DNA from: Ornithinicoccus sp.
GTDB taxonomy: Bacteria; Actinomycetota; Actinomycetes; Actinomycetales; Dermatophilaceae
Length of the DNA stretch: 54,984 nt
Direction of reading: 5' to 3'
Assembly: GCA_035303365.1 (NCBI GenBank)
Contig: DATGRS010000140.1
Span: 1-54,984, forward strand
How positions within the stretch are numbered: the first letter of the stretch is position 1; each line of letters begins with the position of its first letter. A program made the translations under genes and the position numbers. Of this stretch, positions 21,531 through 30,911 are shown in pieces. The notes under the pieces are model-generated. The model was given only the letters and a program-made list of their open reading frames with translations, was not told the origin of the DNA and made no database searches.

Positions 21531-23264
21531 GTGGCAACCGCAGGGGGACCCTCCGCGCATTCCGGAGGCACTGGCGCACTGGGCCCGGGGCGGCACCGGG
21601 CGGTACAGCGCGGGGCGGTTGCGATGCTGGGGGCAGCACTGGCGATCTCCATGACACAGCTCCCGGTGTGGGCCGAGGGAGAGACCGACCCGGGCGGCGG
21701 CACGACCTCGGCTGACCAGGGCGGCGCGCCTCCCTCTGACAATGCGGGCGAGGGCGCGCTCCCTCCGGGGCAGGGAACCAGCCCCCCGTCGTCTGGCGGC
21801 GGCCTGAAGTATGGCGGCCGCTCGACCGGTCCATCTCCTCTGGTCACACTTCCGGACGACCCCGACTACCCCGTCCCGGACCCGCCGACCAACGAGTTCC
21901 TCCCAGAGGGTGTCGAGCTGCCCGAGGAGGTCGACGAGGCCAGCATCTTCCAGCGCAACGTCGTCTGCGACCCGGTGGCCAAGCCCGGCGTCATCGCCGT
22001 CGCGAACCTGTTGGGCCAGGCCTACGAGCGACCGGGTTACACGCTGGCCCGCTCCTGCATCGACCTGCGCTCGGAGCACTACGACGGCCGGGCCGTGGAC
22101 TGGCAGCTCAACGCCTACGACCCGATGGACCGGCGGATCGGCGACGCGGCCGTCACGTGGTTGACCGACAACGACGGGGAGATGGCGCGCCGCCTCGGCA
22201 TCCAGTCGATCATCTGGAACAACCGTGCCTGGCACTCCAGCGACGGCATCTGGAAGGGCTACGTCGGTCAGAGCCCCCACACCGACCACGTCCACATCTC
22301 GCTGACCTGGGACGGCGCCTTCATGCGCACCTCGTGGTGGACGGGCGTCGCGCTGACTGCGGAGGAGGCGGACCAGGGACCGTGCGAGGTGATCGGCGGG
22401 GCTTATGCCGCCGTGCCGCAGGCCCGCCGGACGGAGCCGTGCGTGGCCGGGCAGTGGTGGCCCACGAAGTCCGGCTACAACACCGTGCGTCCCGGCGGAC
22501 AGGGCGGCGGTGTCGCCCTGATCCAGCCGCTGCTGGACGTGGAGCAGACGGGAGTCCTCGACGCGGAGACCCGCGAGGCGCTGATGGTGTGGCAGGGCGA
22601 GCAGGGCATCCCGCAGACCGGTGTCCTCGACCAGCTGACCTATGCCGCGGCGCTGGGTTGGGAGATCCCCGAGCTGCCCGAGGGCGCACTGGCGGTCGAG
22701 CGACCGGACTACCTGGTCACCGAGTTCACGGCCCACAAGCGGGCCGTCCTCACCGAGGGCGACACCGGTGAGGACGTCAAGGTCCTCCAGAAGGCGCTCG
22801 GCGTCGAGGACGACGGGATCTTCGGGCCGATTACCGCCGCCGCGCTCACCGAGTTCGCCGAGGAGCACCCGCTGCTGTTGGACGACCTCACTGCGACGGA
22901 CACGTTGGTCTGGCAGCTGCTCGAGCAGCGCGAGCATCCCCTCCTGGCCCTCCGCGACGTCGAGCTCGAGATCGGCGACCGTGGCTATGCGGTCCAGGTG
23001 CTGCAGCAGCTGCTGGAGCTCGAGGACGACGGCATATTCGGCCCCATCACCCAGCAGGGCGTGCTGGACGCGCAGGCCGGGGCCGAGCTGGAGCAGACCG
23101 GCATCGTGGACGGTGCCACCTGGGTGGCTGCTGAGGAAGCCGCCACCGAGCGAGCCAAGGCCGAGAAGGAAGCGGCCAAGCGCGAGAAGGCGGAGAAGGA
23201 GAAGGCCGCGCAGGAGGAGAAGGCCCGGCAGGAGCGCCTGGCCGAGACCAACCCGCTGCGCTGA
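21531..23264 (+). CDS. Secreted cell-wall metallopeptidase (LAS/M15-like) with peptidoglycan-binding repeats
   Basis: Signal peptide; SEHYDGRAVD and HTDHVH zinc motifs; repeated DDGIFGPIT and TG(V/I)(L/V)D PG-binding motifs; charged coiled-coil tail. Confidence 0.75.
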   Translation: MATAGGPSAHSGGTGALGPGRHRAVQRGAVAMLGAALAISMTQLPVWAEGETDPGGGTTSADQGGAPPSDNAGEGALPPGQGTSPPSSGGGLKYGGRSTGPSPLVTLPDDPDYPVPDPPTNEFLPEGVELPEEVDEASIFQRNVVCDPVAKPGVIAVANLLGQAYERPGYTLARSCIDLRSEHYDGRAVDWQLNAYDPMDRRIGDAAVTWLTDNDGEMARRLGIQSIIWNNRAWHSSDGIWKGYVGQSPHTDHVHISLTWDGAFMRTSWWTGVALTAEEADQGPCEVIGGAYAAVPQARRTEPCVAGQWWPTKSGYNTVRPGGQGGGVALIQPLLDVEQTGVLDAETREALMVWQGEQGIPQTGVLDQLTYAAALGWEIPELPEGALAVERPDYLVTEFTAHKRAVLTEGDTGEDVKVLQKALGVEDDGIFGPITAAALTEFAEEHPLLLDDLTATDTLVWQLLEQREHPLLALRDVELEIGDRGYAVQVLQQLLELEDDGIFGPITQQGVLDAQAGAELEQTGIVDGATWVAAEEAATERAKAEKEAAKREKAEKEKAAQEEKARQERLAETNPLR

Positions 23265-23274
23265 CCCCAAGAAA

Positions 23275-23396
23275 TATAGGGGTTTCGTACGCCGTCCCCG
23301 GATTTTCGTACAGGTTCTGTACGGCCAGCCCGGATTCTCGTAGGGGTCTCGTACGCCCTGCCCGGATCTTCGTAGGGCTCTCGTACGCGCGACCCG
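23275..23396. repeat. Degenerate 32-bp tandem repeat, about 4 copies
   Basis: Units start at 23275, 23307, 23339 and 23371; consensus approximately CGTAGGGGTYTCGTACGCCNNNCCCGGATYYT. Confidence 0.85.
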
Positions 23397-23409
23397 TCAC
23401 CACACCGCG

Positions 23410-24507
23410 TCACACTGCGGCGTCGAGGAAGCGCAGCAGATCATTGACCGCGGCGCGCCCGGCCCGGTTCGCACCGATCGTCGAGGACGACGGGCCATAT
23501 CCGACGAGATGGACTCGGGGCTCGTCCGCGACACGGGTCCCCTCCATCACGATCCCTCCGCCGTGGCCGCGCAGCTTCAGGGGAGCCAGGTGGTCCAGTG
23601 CCGCGCGGAAGCCGGTCGCCCAGAGGATCACGTCGACCGGCTGGACGCTGCCGTCGGCGTGCCGGACCCCTTCGGGCACGATCTCGACGAACATCGGTCG
23701 GCGCTGGAGCGCGCCGCGCGCGGCCGCCCGCTCCAGTGACGGCGTCAGCAGCAGGCCGGTGACGGAGACGACGCTCAGCGGTGGCAGACCCTTGGCGACC
23801 CGCTCCTCGACCATCGCGACGGCGTCGCTGCCGGCCTTCGCATCGAACGGCGCGGTGCGCCATACCGGCTCACGACGGGTGAACCAGCTCGTGCTCGTGA
23901 CCAACGAGATCTCGTCCAGGAGCTGGACCGCCGAGGTGCCACCGCCGACCACCGCCACGTGCTGGTCTCGGAACTCCTCGGCGGAGACGTAGTCGGCCAC
24001 GTGGAGCTGTCGGCCCGCGAACGTCTCCTGGCCCGGATAGATCGGCCAGAACGGCTTGGTCCACGTCCCGGTGGCGTTGATGAGCGTCCGGGCGGTCCAG
24101 TCCCCGGCGGACGTCTCGACGCGGAGCAGCCCGTGCGGGTCGTCATCCTCGCGGGACACCCGTCCCACGCGCACGGGCCGCACGATCGCCAGCTCGAGCT
24201 GTTGCTCGTAGTCCTCGAAGTAGCGCGTGATGAACTCCGAGCTGGGCTCGCACGGGTCGACGTCGGGCTGGGCGATCCCGGGAAGGTCGCTGATCCCGTT
24301 GACCGTGTCCATCCGCAGCGACCGCCACCGGTGCCGCCACGCCCCACCGGGCCCTGCCTCCGCGTCCAGCACCTGGTAGGTCAGCCCGGACGCGGGCGGC
24401 GGCGCGAGACCACGGCGTTGCAGGTGGAAGGCGGCGGAGAGGCCGGCCTGTCCGGCGCCGATCACGAGGACGTCGACGCCGCGCACGGAGGACTGGGATT
24501 CGGGCAC
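23410..24507 (-). CDS. NAD(P)/FAD-dependent oxidoreductase (flavin monooxygenase-like)
   Basis: VIGAGQAG, ATG, QLHVADY, VVGGGTSA, ATGF. Confidence 0.85.
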   Translation of the reverse strand: MPESQSSVRGVDVLVIGAGQAGLSAAFHLQRRGLAPPPASGLTYQVLDAEAGPGGAWRHRWRSLRMDTVNGISDLPGIAQPDVDPCEPSSEFITRYFEDYEQQLELAIVRPVRVGRVSREDDDPHGLLRVETSAGDWTARTLINATGTWTKPFWPIYPGQETFAGRQLHVADYVSAEEFRDQHVAVVGGGTSAVQLLDEISLVTSTSWFTRREPVWRTAPFDAKAGSDAVAMVEERVAKGLPPLSVVSVTGLLLTPSLERAAARGALQRRPMFVEIVPEGVRHADGSVQPVDVILWATGFRAALDHLAPLKLRGHGGGIVMEGTRVADEPRVHLVGYGPSSSTIGANRAGRAAVNDLLRFLDAAV

Positions 24508-24572
24508 GGTGTGAACAACGCTATCGGTCTCACCCTTCCGAGGGCAGGCGCCACCCGGCTAGGTTGGTCGTC

Positions 24573-24920
24573 ATGCCCCAGGTGAGCATCGACCCAGCCG
24601 TCCCGCCCAGCGGGACCGGCTGCCAGGAGTGTCTGGCGGCCGACGGCTGGTGGGTGCACCTTCGCCGCTGCGCCGCGTGCGGTCACGTGGGCTGCTGCGA
24701 CACCTCTCCGGAGCAGCACGCGACGGCGCACTTCCGGGAGACGGGCCACCCAGTCGTGCAGAGCTTCGAGCCCGGCGAGAACTGGTTCTGGGACTACGAG
24801 CACGCGGTCGAGATCTCTGGTCCGGCACTGGCCGAACCGACGTCGCACCCGGCCGACCAACCCTCGCCGGGCCCGGCCGGTGCGGTGCCCGATGACTGGA
24901 AGCACAAGATCCACCGCTGA
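24573..24920 (+). CDS. UBP-type zinc finger protein
   Basis: CQEC...HLRRCAACGHVGCCD...HATAH...SFEPGENWFW. Confidence 0.85.
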   Translation: MPQVSIDPAVPPSGTGCQECLAADGWWVHLRRCAACGHVGCCDTSPEQHATAHFRETGHPVVQSFEPGENWFWDYEHAVEISGPALAEPTSHPADQPSPGPAGAVPDDWKHKIHR

Positions 24921-24973
24921 CCCCCGGTTCCGTCGGTAGGCGGACCGTCGCATCGCGCCACTAGGGTTGAGAC

Positions 24974-26074
24974 ATGGCGAGACCGCACATTGCTGCAGTC
25001 CTGGAGGACGCGGTGTTCAGCAAGGTCGAGGTGGTGCTCCGGCGTCGTGGCTGGCACGAGCGCCTCCACGGATACACCGGCTACGGCACGTCAGAGCGCG
25101 CGCGTGTCCTGGCCCGGCTGCTGCTGAGCCGGTCTGAGCCACGGGCCGCGGGCACGATCCGCGACGAGGAAGAGCCTGAGCAGGAGGCACAGGCGGCGGA
25201 GGTGATCTACAACGCCCTGCGCGGGTGGCGCAACTTCGTCACCGCTCCGGCGATGAATGCGCCGGTCTCCGTCACGCTGGGTGAGGCGTCCCTGGAGTGC
25301 ACCGTCGACCGTGGTGGATATCTCGACCTCGAGGTCACCGGCCACGGGCTGGAGCCCGGGTGGCACGGTGCGGTGATCCGGGCGGCCAACGGTGACACGG
25401 TCTATGCACCCGTCCGCATCATCGACCCAGCCGTCGGGGTCGGGCTGGTCAGCGACATCGACGACACGGTCATGGTGACCCACTTGCCGCGGCTGTTCAT
25501 CGCCGCGTGGAACACCTTCTTCCGGCAGGAGCTGGCTCGGGAGGTGGTCCCGGGGATGTCGGCGCTGTTCCGCTCGCTGATCGCGGAGTTCCCCGGCATG
25601 CCGGTCTTCTACCTGTCCACCGGCGCCTGGAACACCGCCCCGACGCTCACGCGCTTCCTGCGGCGGCACAAGTATCCAGACGGTCCGCTGCTGCTGACCG
25701 ACTGGGGCGCGACCAACACCGGCTGGTTCCGCAGCGGGCAGCAGCACAAGACGAACGAGCTGCACCGGCTCCTGCGCGAGTTCCCCGGGATGCGCTGGTT
25801 CCTGGTCGGCGACGACGGTCAGCACGACCCCACCATCTACGGCGAGTTCAGCAAGCAGCACCCCGAAGCGGTCGAGGCAGTGCTGATCCGCCAGCTCACC
25901 ACGGCGCAGCAGGTGCTGAGCCACGGTCTGCCCATCGCCAACGACGAGCTGCTCGGAAAGGACTACTCCGGCGTGCCGATGCTGCGGGCTCCCGACGGGT
26001 TCGGACTGCACCGGATCCTCGCGGTGAGCCGCAAACGGCTGGAGTCGCTCCGGGCTGGAGCCGCGGTTGCCTGA
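24974..26074 (+). CDS. App1-family phosphatase (DUF2183)
   Basis: SDIDDT motif, YLSTGAWN, LLLTDWG, LVGDDGQHDP. Confidence 0.85.
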   Translation: MARPHIAAVLEDAVFSKVEVVLRRRGWHERLHGYTGYGTSERARVLARLLLSRSEPRAAGTIRDEEEPEQEAQAAEVIYNALRGWRNFVTAPAMNAPVSVTLGEASLECTVDRGGYLDLEVTGHGLEPGWHGAVIRAANGDTVYAPVRIIDPAVGVGLVSDIDDTVMVTHLPRLFIAAWNTFFRQELAREVVPGMSALFRSLIAEFPGMPVFYLSTGAWNTAPTLTRFLRRHKYPDGPLLLTDWGATNTGWFRSGQQHKTNELHRLLREFPGMRWFLVGDDGQHDPTIYGEFSKQHPEAVEAVLIRQLTTAQQVLSHGLPIANDELLGKDYSGVPMLRAPDGFGLHRILAVSRKRLESLRAGAAVA

Positions 26075-26927
26075 GCTGCCGGAGGTCCAGGGCCTGGTCG
26101 ACTTCCTGGCCGGACGGGTCGTCGACCGGGTGGTCAGCGACGTCGAGCTCGGATCCATCGCCGTGCTCAAGACCTTCAACCCGCCCCCGGACTCGCTGGT
26201 CGGAGGGCCCATCGACGGCGTGGCGCGACACGGCAAGTTCATCGATATCGACGTCGACGGCACTCATTTGGTCTTCCACCTCGCCCGGGCCGGCTGGCTG
26301 CGGTTCTCCGAGAAGCTGCCGACCACGCCCGTGCGGCCGGGGAAGTCCCCGATCGCGCTGCGCGTCCGGCTGGACGACGGGTCCGGCTTCGACCTCACCG
26401 AGGCGGGCACCAAGAAGGGCCTCGCGGCATACGTCGTCGCCGACCCGCACGAGGTGCCGGGCATCGCCACGCTCGGCCCCGACCCGCTGAGCGAGGACTT
26501 CACCCGCGAGGTGTTCGGCGGGATACTGGCCGGCCAGCGGACGCAGATCAAGGGGCTGCTCCGCAACCAGGGGACGATCGCCGGCGTGGGCAACGCCTAC
26601 TCCGACGAGATCCTGCACGCCGCCAAGCTGTCACCGTTCACCATCGCGGCGAAGCTCACCGAGGAGCAGGTTGACACCCTGTATGCCGCGCTGCGGGAGA
26701 TCCTGCAGGGCGCCGTCGCGCTCAGCTCCGGCAAGCCTGCGGCGGAGCTCAAGGACGCCAAGCGCAAGGGCATGGCGGTCCACGGCAGAGCGGGCGAGAA
26801 GTGCCCGGTGTGCGGTGACACCGTGCTCGAGGTGAGCTTCGCCGACTCCGCCCTGCAGTACTGCCCGACGTGCCAGACCGGTGGCAAGCCGCTGGCCGAC
26901 CGACGGATGTCGAGACTGCTGAAGTAG
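26067..26927 (+). CDS. Fpg/Nei family DNA glycosylase
   Basis: N-terminal PELPEV, RHGKF, H2TH GVGNAYSDEIL, CPVC...CPTCQ zinc finger; TTG start. Confidence 0.9.
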   Translation: MPELPEVQGLVDFLAGRVVDRVVSDVELGSIAVLKTFNPPPDSLVGGPIDGVARHGKFIDIDVDGTHLVFHLARAGWLRFSEKLPTTPVRPGKSPIALRVRLDDGSGFDLTEAGTKKGLAAYVVADPHEVPGIATLGPDPLSEDFTREVFGGILAGQRTQIKGLLRNQGTIAGVGNAYSDEILHAAKLSPFTIAAKLTEEQVDTLYAALREILQGAVALSSGKPAAELKDAKRKGMAVHGRAGEKCPVCGDTVLEVSFADSALQYCPTCQTGGKPLADRRMSRLLK

Positions 26928-26972
26928 CAGGCTGGGCAGGGCACGGCGCTTCCCGCGTGTCAGGATGGTGTC

Positions 26973-27302
26973 ATGAGCGAGACACCAGAGATCCCCGTGT
27001 CCGAGGTGCCTGATGATGCGGTCATCGTCGACGTCCGCGAGCACGACGAGTGGCAGGCGGGCCATGCCCCGAACGCCGTCCACGTCCCGATGGGGACCGT
27101 CCCGGAGCGCCTCGACGACTTCCCGGACACCGATGACCCGGTCGCCGTCATCTGCCGCAGCGGGGGCCGGTCAGGTCGCGCCGTGCAGTGGTTGGTCCAG
27201 CAGGGCTTCGACGTGGTGAACGTCGAGGGCGGCATGCGCGCCTGGGCCGCGGCCGGAAAGGCGATGATCAGCGAGGACAGCTCGGAGCCGACCGTCATCT
27301 GA
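26973..27302 (+). CDS. Rhodanese-like domain protein
   Basis: DVREHDEWQAGH, CRSGGRS, EGGMRAW. Confidence 0.9.
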   Translation: MSETPEIPVSEVPDDAVIVDVREHDEWQAGHAPNAVHVPMGTVPERLDDFPDTDDPVAVICRSGGRSGRAVQWLVQQGFDVVNVEGGMRAWAAAGKAMISEDSSEPTVI

Positions 27303-27369
27303 GCTCGCCGGTGCACGTGCCGGTGCCCACCGGCAGGGCCCAGCCCGTGGGCTCTGCCGTCGCGCATGG

Positions 27370-28707
27370 TCAGTCGGCGACAAGGTCGCCCAGGATCGTC
27401 CGGAGCGAGGTGGTGAGGAGGTCCTGGTCGGGCACGATCAGCGGGTCCGCGACCACGGTGACCACGAGCTGACCCGCGTAGGAGAGCACGCCGAAGGAAA
27501 CCCCGACGTTGCCGGGGTTCACCGCGAGGGGCACGATCTGGGCGACTCGGTGACCTCCGAGCTCGAGGCTCTCGCGGGGCCCACGCACGTTCGTCTCGAA
27601 GGTGTGGACCAGACGCTGGTGGTCGACAACCGCCTGGAAGAGACCCAGCCTCGCCAGCGCGCGGAAGACCAGTCCAAGCGGACCGGCAGAGCTGGCACGC
27701 TGATGGCGAGGCGCGTCGTGGGTGAGCGCGACCACCGCGCGCAGCCGGGCATGATCGTCGCTCACGGCAGGCACGGCCACCGGCACGACCCCGGTCTCGT
27801 TGCCGAGCCGGGTGACCGCGGCGCTGCGTCGGGCGGAGATCGGCACGGACACCACCAGCTGGTGCGGCCGCTCGCCACGCCGCTCGAGCAGGGTGGCGAG
27901 AGCACCCGTCACCGCGGTGAGCACGATGTCGTTGACGGTCGCGCCGTGGTGGTGTGCGGCCTCTGACACCGGGTCGAGAGGCACCGTCACCGTCGTCAGC
28001 CGTCTGCGTCGGCCTGTGGGTCGGTTGAGCGAGATGCGTTCCGCCAGGGTCGGGCGTTGTCCGCCCAGGCCGAGCTCCGCGAGTCCCTGGGCCCCGCGCT
28101 GAAGGGCCCGCGGGAGCGTGGACAGTGCCGACAGACGCGCACGGACCGCGTCGCGAGCGAGCTCCCGTCGGCGAGGCCAGGCCTGCGGGAAGGGTCCGGG
28201 GTCGGTCATGCCCAACCCGTCGGCCAGTGCGGCCAGGACGGCCAGCCCGGCCAGCCCGTCGGCGAGCACGTGATGGATGACCAGGACCAGCGCTGCCTGA
28301 CCGGGCTCGGGCCCCGTCACCAGGCAGGCTCGCCACAGCGGACGTCCGCGGTCCAGCCGTGAGCACAGCACCTCTGCTGCGACCTGCAGGATGTTCTCGG
28401 TGCCCCAGCGGTCGAGGTCGTATGCCGACAGGTGCCTGTCCAGGACGAAGTCCGGATCGTCTACCCACACCGGGCGGCCACAACCAGGTGGGGTCGCCAC
28501 CAGCCGGTGGCGGAACCGGGGCACCACGGGGATGCGGGCGGACAGTAGGCCACGCAGCCACGCGATGTCGGGGGGCGAGCGCTTCGGGTCTGTCTCGAGC
28601 ACCAGCACGGCGCCGATGTTCATCGGGGCGGCACCGCGGTCGGTGGCGAGAATCGTCACGTCGTTGGGACTGGCTCGGTCGATCCGTGTCCCGCTCGCCG
28701 GGTGCAT
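27370..28707 (-). CDS. Wax ester synthase/diacylglycerol acyltransferase (WS/DGAT) family
   Basis: PMNIGAV, LDRGRPLW, catalytic HHVLADG, TNVRGP. Confidence 0.9.
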   Translation of the reverse strand: MHPASGTRIDRASPNDVTILATDRGAAPMNIGAVLVLETDPKRSPPDIAWLRGLLSARIPVVPRFRHRLVATPPGCGRPVWVDDPDFVLDRHLSAYDLDRWGTENILQVAAEVLCSRLDRGRPLWRACLVTGPEPGQAALVLVIHHVLADGLAGLAVLAALADGLGMTDPGPFPQAWPRRRELARDAVRARLSALSTLPRALQRGAQGLAELGLGGQRPTLAERISLNRPTGRRRRLTTVTVPLDPVSEAAHHHGATVNDIVLTAVTGALATLLERRGERPHQLVVSVPISARRSAAVTRLGNETGVVPVAVPAVSDDHARLRAVVALTHDAPRHQRASSAGPLGLVFRALARLGLFQAVVDHQRLVHTFETNVRGPRESLELGGHRVAQIVPLAVNPGNVGVSFGVLSYAGQLVVTVVADPLIVPDQDLLTTSLRTILGDLVAD

Positions 28708-28743
28708 GGCCCCAGCCTGCCACCGGCAGGGTGGCCCGTGCGA

Positions 28744-29328
28744 TCAGTGAGGAGGGGTGAAGATCCGAGCCTGCCAGCCGAACTCGCGGGCTCCCTCGAC
28801 ACCCTCGGCGCGATCGTCCGTGTAGTGGACCAGGCCCACGCCGACAGTGCGCCCGAGGCGCTTCTCGACCTCCACGTGCGCTTGGGCGTAGGTTGCTGCG
28901 GTCGGCTGGTCTGACGCGCCCGTGCTCAGGAACTGCGCCCGTGACTCGTCCGCAGCGGAACGCAGGCGGTCACCCTCGCGACCGGCCTCCGCTCCGATGA
29001 GGTAGGTGGGGATGCGGGCTGTCCCGAGGTCCTCCAGGAGGGGTGTGGTCGCGTCGAGGTGCCTCAGGACGGTGCCGACATCCAGCACCGCGACCTCGGC
29101 GCGGCTCAGGAACCGTCCGATCCGCCACGGGACCGGCTGGACCACCCGGTGGACCAGCACGACCTCGAGCGGGATCCGTACGTCTCCTCGCCGGGTCTGC
29201 AGGGTGACGGCGGCGTCGTCGCTGGCGATGATCCTCCCCACCGTGTCACTGGCCCTGCCGTCCCCGAGCCGGTGGCGGACCGTGACCCGCTGGCCGATCG
29301 GGACGTCGCGCAGTGGTTCTGACGGCAT
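28744..29328 (-). CDS. Hypothetical protein: SH3-like N-terminal domain plus degenerate HAD-like C-terminal domain
   Basis: GQRVTVRHRL...DTVGRI N-terminus; YTDDRAEGVEGAREFGW resembles HAD motif IV. Confidence 0.55.
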   Translation of the reverse strand: MPSEPLRDVPIGQRVTVRHRLGDGRASDTVGRIIASDDAAVTLQTRRGDVRIPLEVVLVHRVVQPVPWRIGRFLSRAEVAVLDVGTVLRHLDATTPLLEDLGTARIPTYLIGAEAGREGDRLRSAADESRAQFLSTGASDQPTAATYAQAHVEVEKRLGRTVGVGLVHYTDDRAEGVEGAREFGWQARIFTPPH

Positions 29329-29337
29329 CTTCGAGAC

Positions 29338-29577
29338 TCTAGCGTCCGGCGTAGAGCCGACGTGACGTCATAAGCGGGCGAATTGCGGCGACCCGAACGG
29401 TGGATCCCAGCCCACGGAGAGCTGCGCTCACCTTCTCGACGATCGCGTTCTCTCGGTGAGTCTAAGGAATTGGTGAGATTCCGGCATACGCCGTGATCGG
29501 ACGACGGTCAGCGCGCCGGAAGGTGCAGGAATCCGACACGATGGCGCAGTATGTCGAAATCTCAGTTCTGCGCTAGA
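29338..29577. promoter_or_regulatory. Three 18-bp TCT-N12-AGA boxes upstream of the AAA ATPase
   Basis: TCTAGCGTCCGGCGTAGA (29338), TCTAAGGAATTGGTGAGA (29461), TCTCAGTTCTGCGCTAGA (29560). Confidence 0.45.
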
Positions 29578-29597
29578 CCACCGGATACCCTCCGATC

Positions 29598-30809
29598 GTG
29601 GACCCCATCCGAAACCCCTATGCTCCCGGCGCAGGCCAGCGCCCGCCCGAGCTCGCCGGTCGCGACGAGCAGCTCGACCGGTTCCAGGTCGTCCTCGAGC
29701 GGATCCAGCGAGGGCGTCCTGAACGCTCCATGATCCTGACCGGGCTGCGAGGGGTCGGCAAGACGGTCCTGCTGAACGCGCTCCGGTCGACCGCGGTGCG
29801 CGCTCGGTGGGGGACCGGGAAGTACGAGGCTCGCCCCGAGCAGGGGATGCGCCGCCCGATGGCCGCGGCGCTCCACGTCGCGGTGCGCGAGCTGGGCCAC
29901 CCGCAGGGTGACGAGGTCGACCACGTGCTGGGGGTGATCAAGGCCTTTGCGCAGAAGGACCAGCCGGGCGCCAAGCTGCGGGACCGCTGGAACCCGGGCA
30001 TCGACGTGCCGGCCATCACGGGGCGGGCCGACTCCGGCGACATCGAGATCGACCTGGTTGAGCTGTTCACCGATGTCGGCGGTCTGGCGGCGGACGTCGG
30101 CAAGGGCGTGGCGATCTTCATCGACGAGATGCAGGACCTCTCGCCGGAGGACGTGTCCGCGGTCTGCGCGGCGTGCCACGAGCTGTCTCAGTCGGCGCTG
30201 CCGGTGATCGTCGTCGGCGCCGGGCTGCCGCACCTGCCGGCGGTGCTGTCCGCCAGCAAGTCCTACTCCGAGCGGCTCTTCCGCTACACGCGGATCGACC
30301 GGCTCGACCGCGCCAACGCCGACAAGGCGCTCCGGATGCCGGCGCAGGACGAGGACGCCGACTTCACCCCCGAGGCCCTCGATGCGCTGTATGCCGCGAC
30401 CGGCGGCTACCCCTACTTCATCCAGGCCTACGGCAAGGCGGTGTGGGACCACGCGCCCCAGGCGCCCATCACCGACGAGGACGTGCGCGTCGCCGCGCCC
30501 GAGGCGGAGGAGGAGCTGGCCGTCGGCTTCTTCGGATCCCGCTACGAGCGGGCGACGCCGGGGGAGCGGGAGTACCTGCGGGCGATGGCAGACCTCGGCG
30601 CCCGGGTCAGTGCCCAGGATCCTGAGGCGCTGGACGCCACGGAGTCGGTGCCCACGGCCGACGTCGCGGCATACCTCGAGCGCAAGCCCCAGTCCTTGTC
30701 ACCCGCGCGGGACGCCCTGCTGAAGAAGGGCCTGATCTACTCCGGAGAGCGGGGTCGGATCGCGTTCACGGTGCCGCACTTCGGCAGGTACCTGCGGGCC
30801 CAGGCCTGA
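29598..30809 (+). CDS. AAA+ ATP-binding protein with probable C-terminal winged helix
   Basis: NPYAPGAG, LAGRDEQL, Walker A GLRGVGKT, Walker B IFIDEMQ, GGYPYF, LLKKGLIY. Confidence 0.85.
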   Translation: MDPIRNPYAPGAGQRPPELAGRDEQLDRFQVVLERIQRGRPERSMILTGLRGVGKTVLLNALRSTAVRARWGTGKYEARPEQGMRRPMAAALHVAVRELGHPQGDEVDHVLGVIKAFAQKDQPGAKLRDRWNPGIDVPAITGRADSGDIEIDLVELFTDVGGLAADVGKGVAIFIDEMQDLSPEDVSAVCAACHELSQSALPVIVVGAGLPHLPAVLSASKSYSERLFRYTRIDRLDRANADKALRMPAQDEDADFTPEALDALYAATGGYPYFIQAYGKAVWDHAPQAPITDEDVRVAAPEAEEELAVGFFGSRYERATPGEREYLRAMADLGARVSAQDPEALDATESVPTADVAAYLERKPQSLSPARDALLKKGLIYSGERGRIAFTVPHFGRYLRAQA

Positions 30810-30911
30810 GTTCCGGATCTGCTTGTCAGATCTGCTGGAGAGTGGCCAGAACGAGTCGTCCAGCCCACTTTCGCTCAACCTCGTTGACGTCGTGGGAGTA
30901 GCGTCGTCGGC

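Noticed and set aside
23275-23396. Possible CRISPR array
   Set aside because: Units are contiguous and degenerate with no unique spacers; no cas genes in the window
29598-30809. Anti-phage defence system around the AAA ATPase
   Set aside because: No nuclease or effector partner and no island signature; the context is housekeeping
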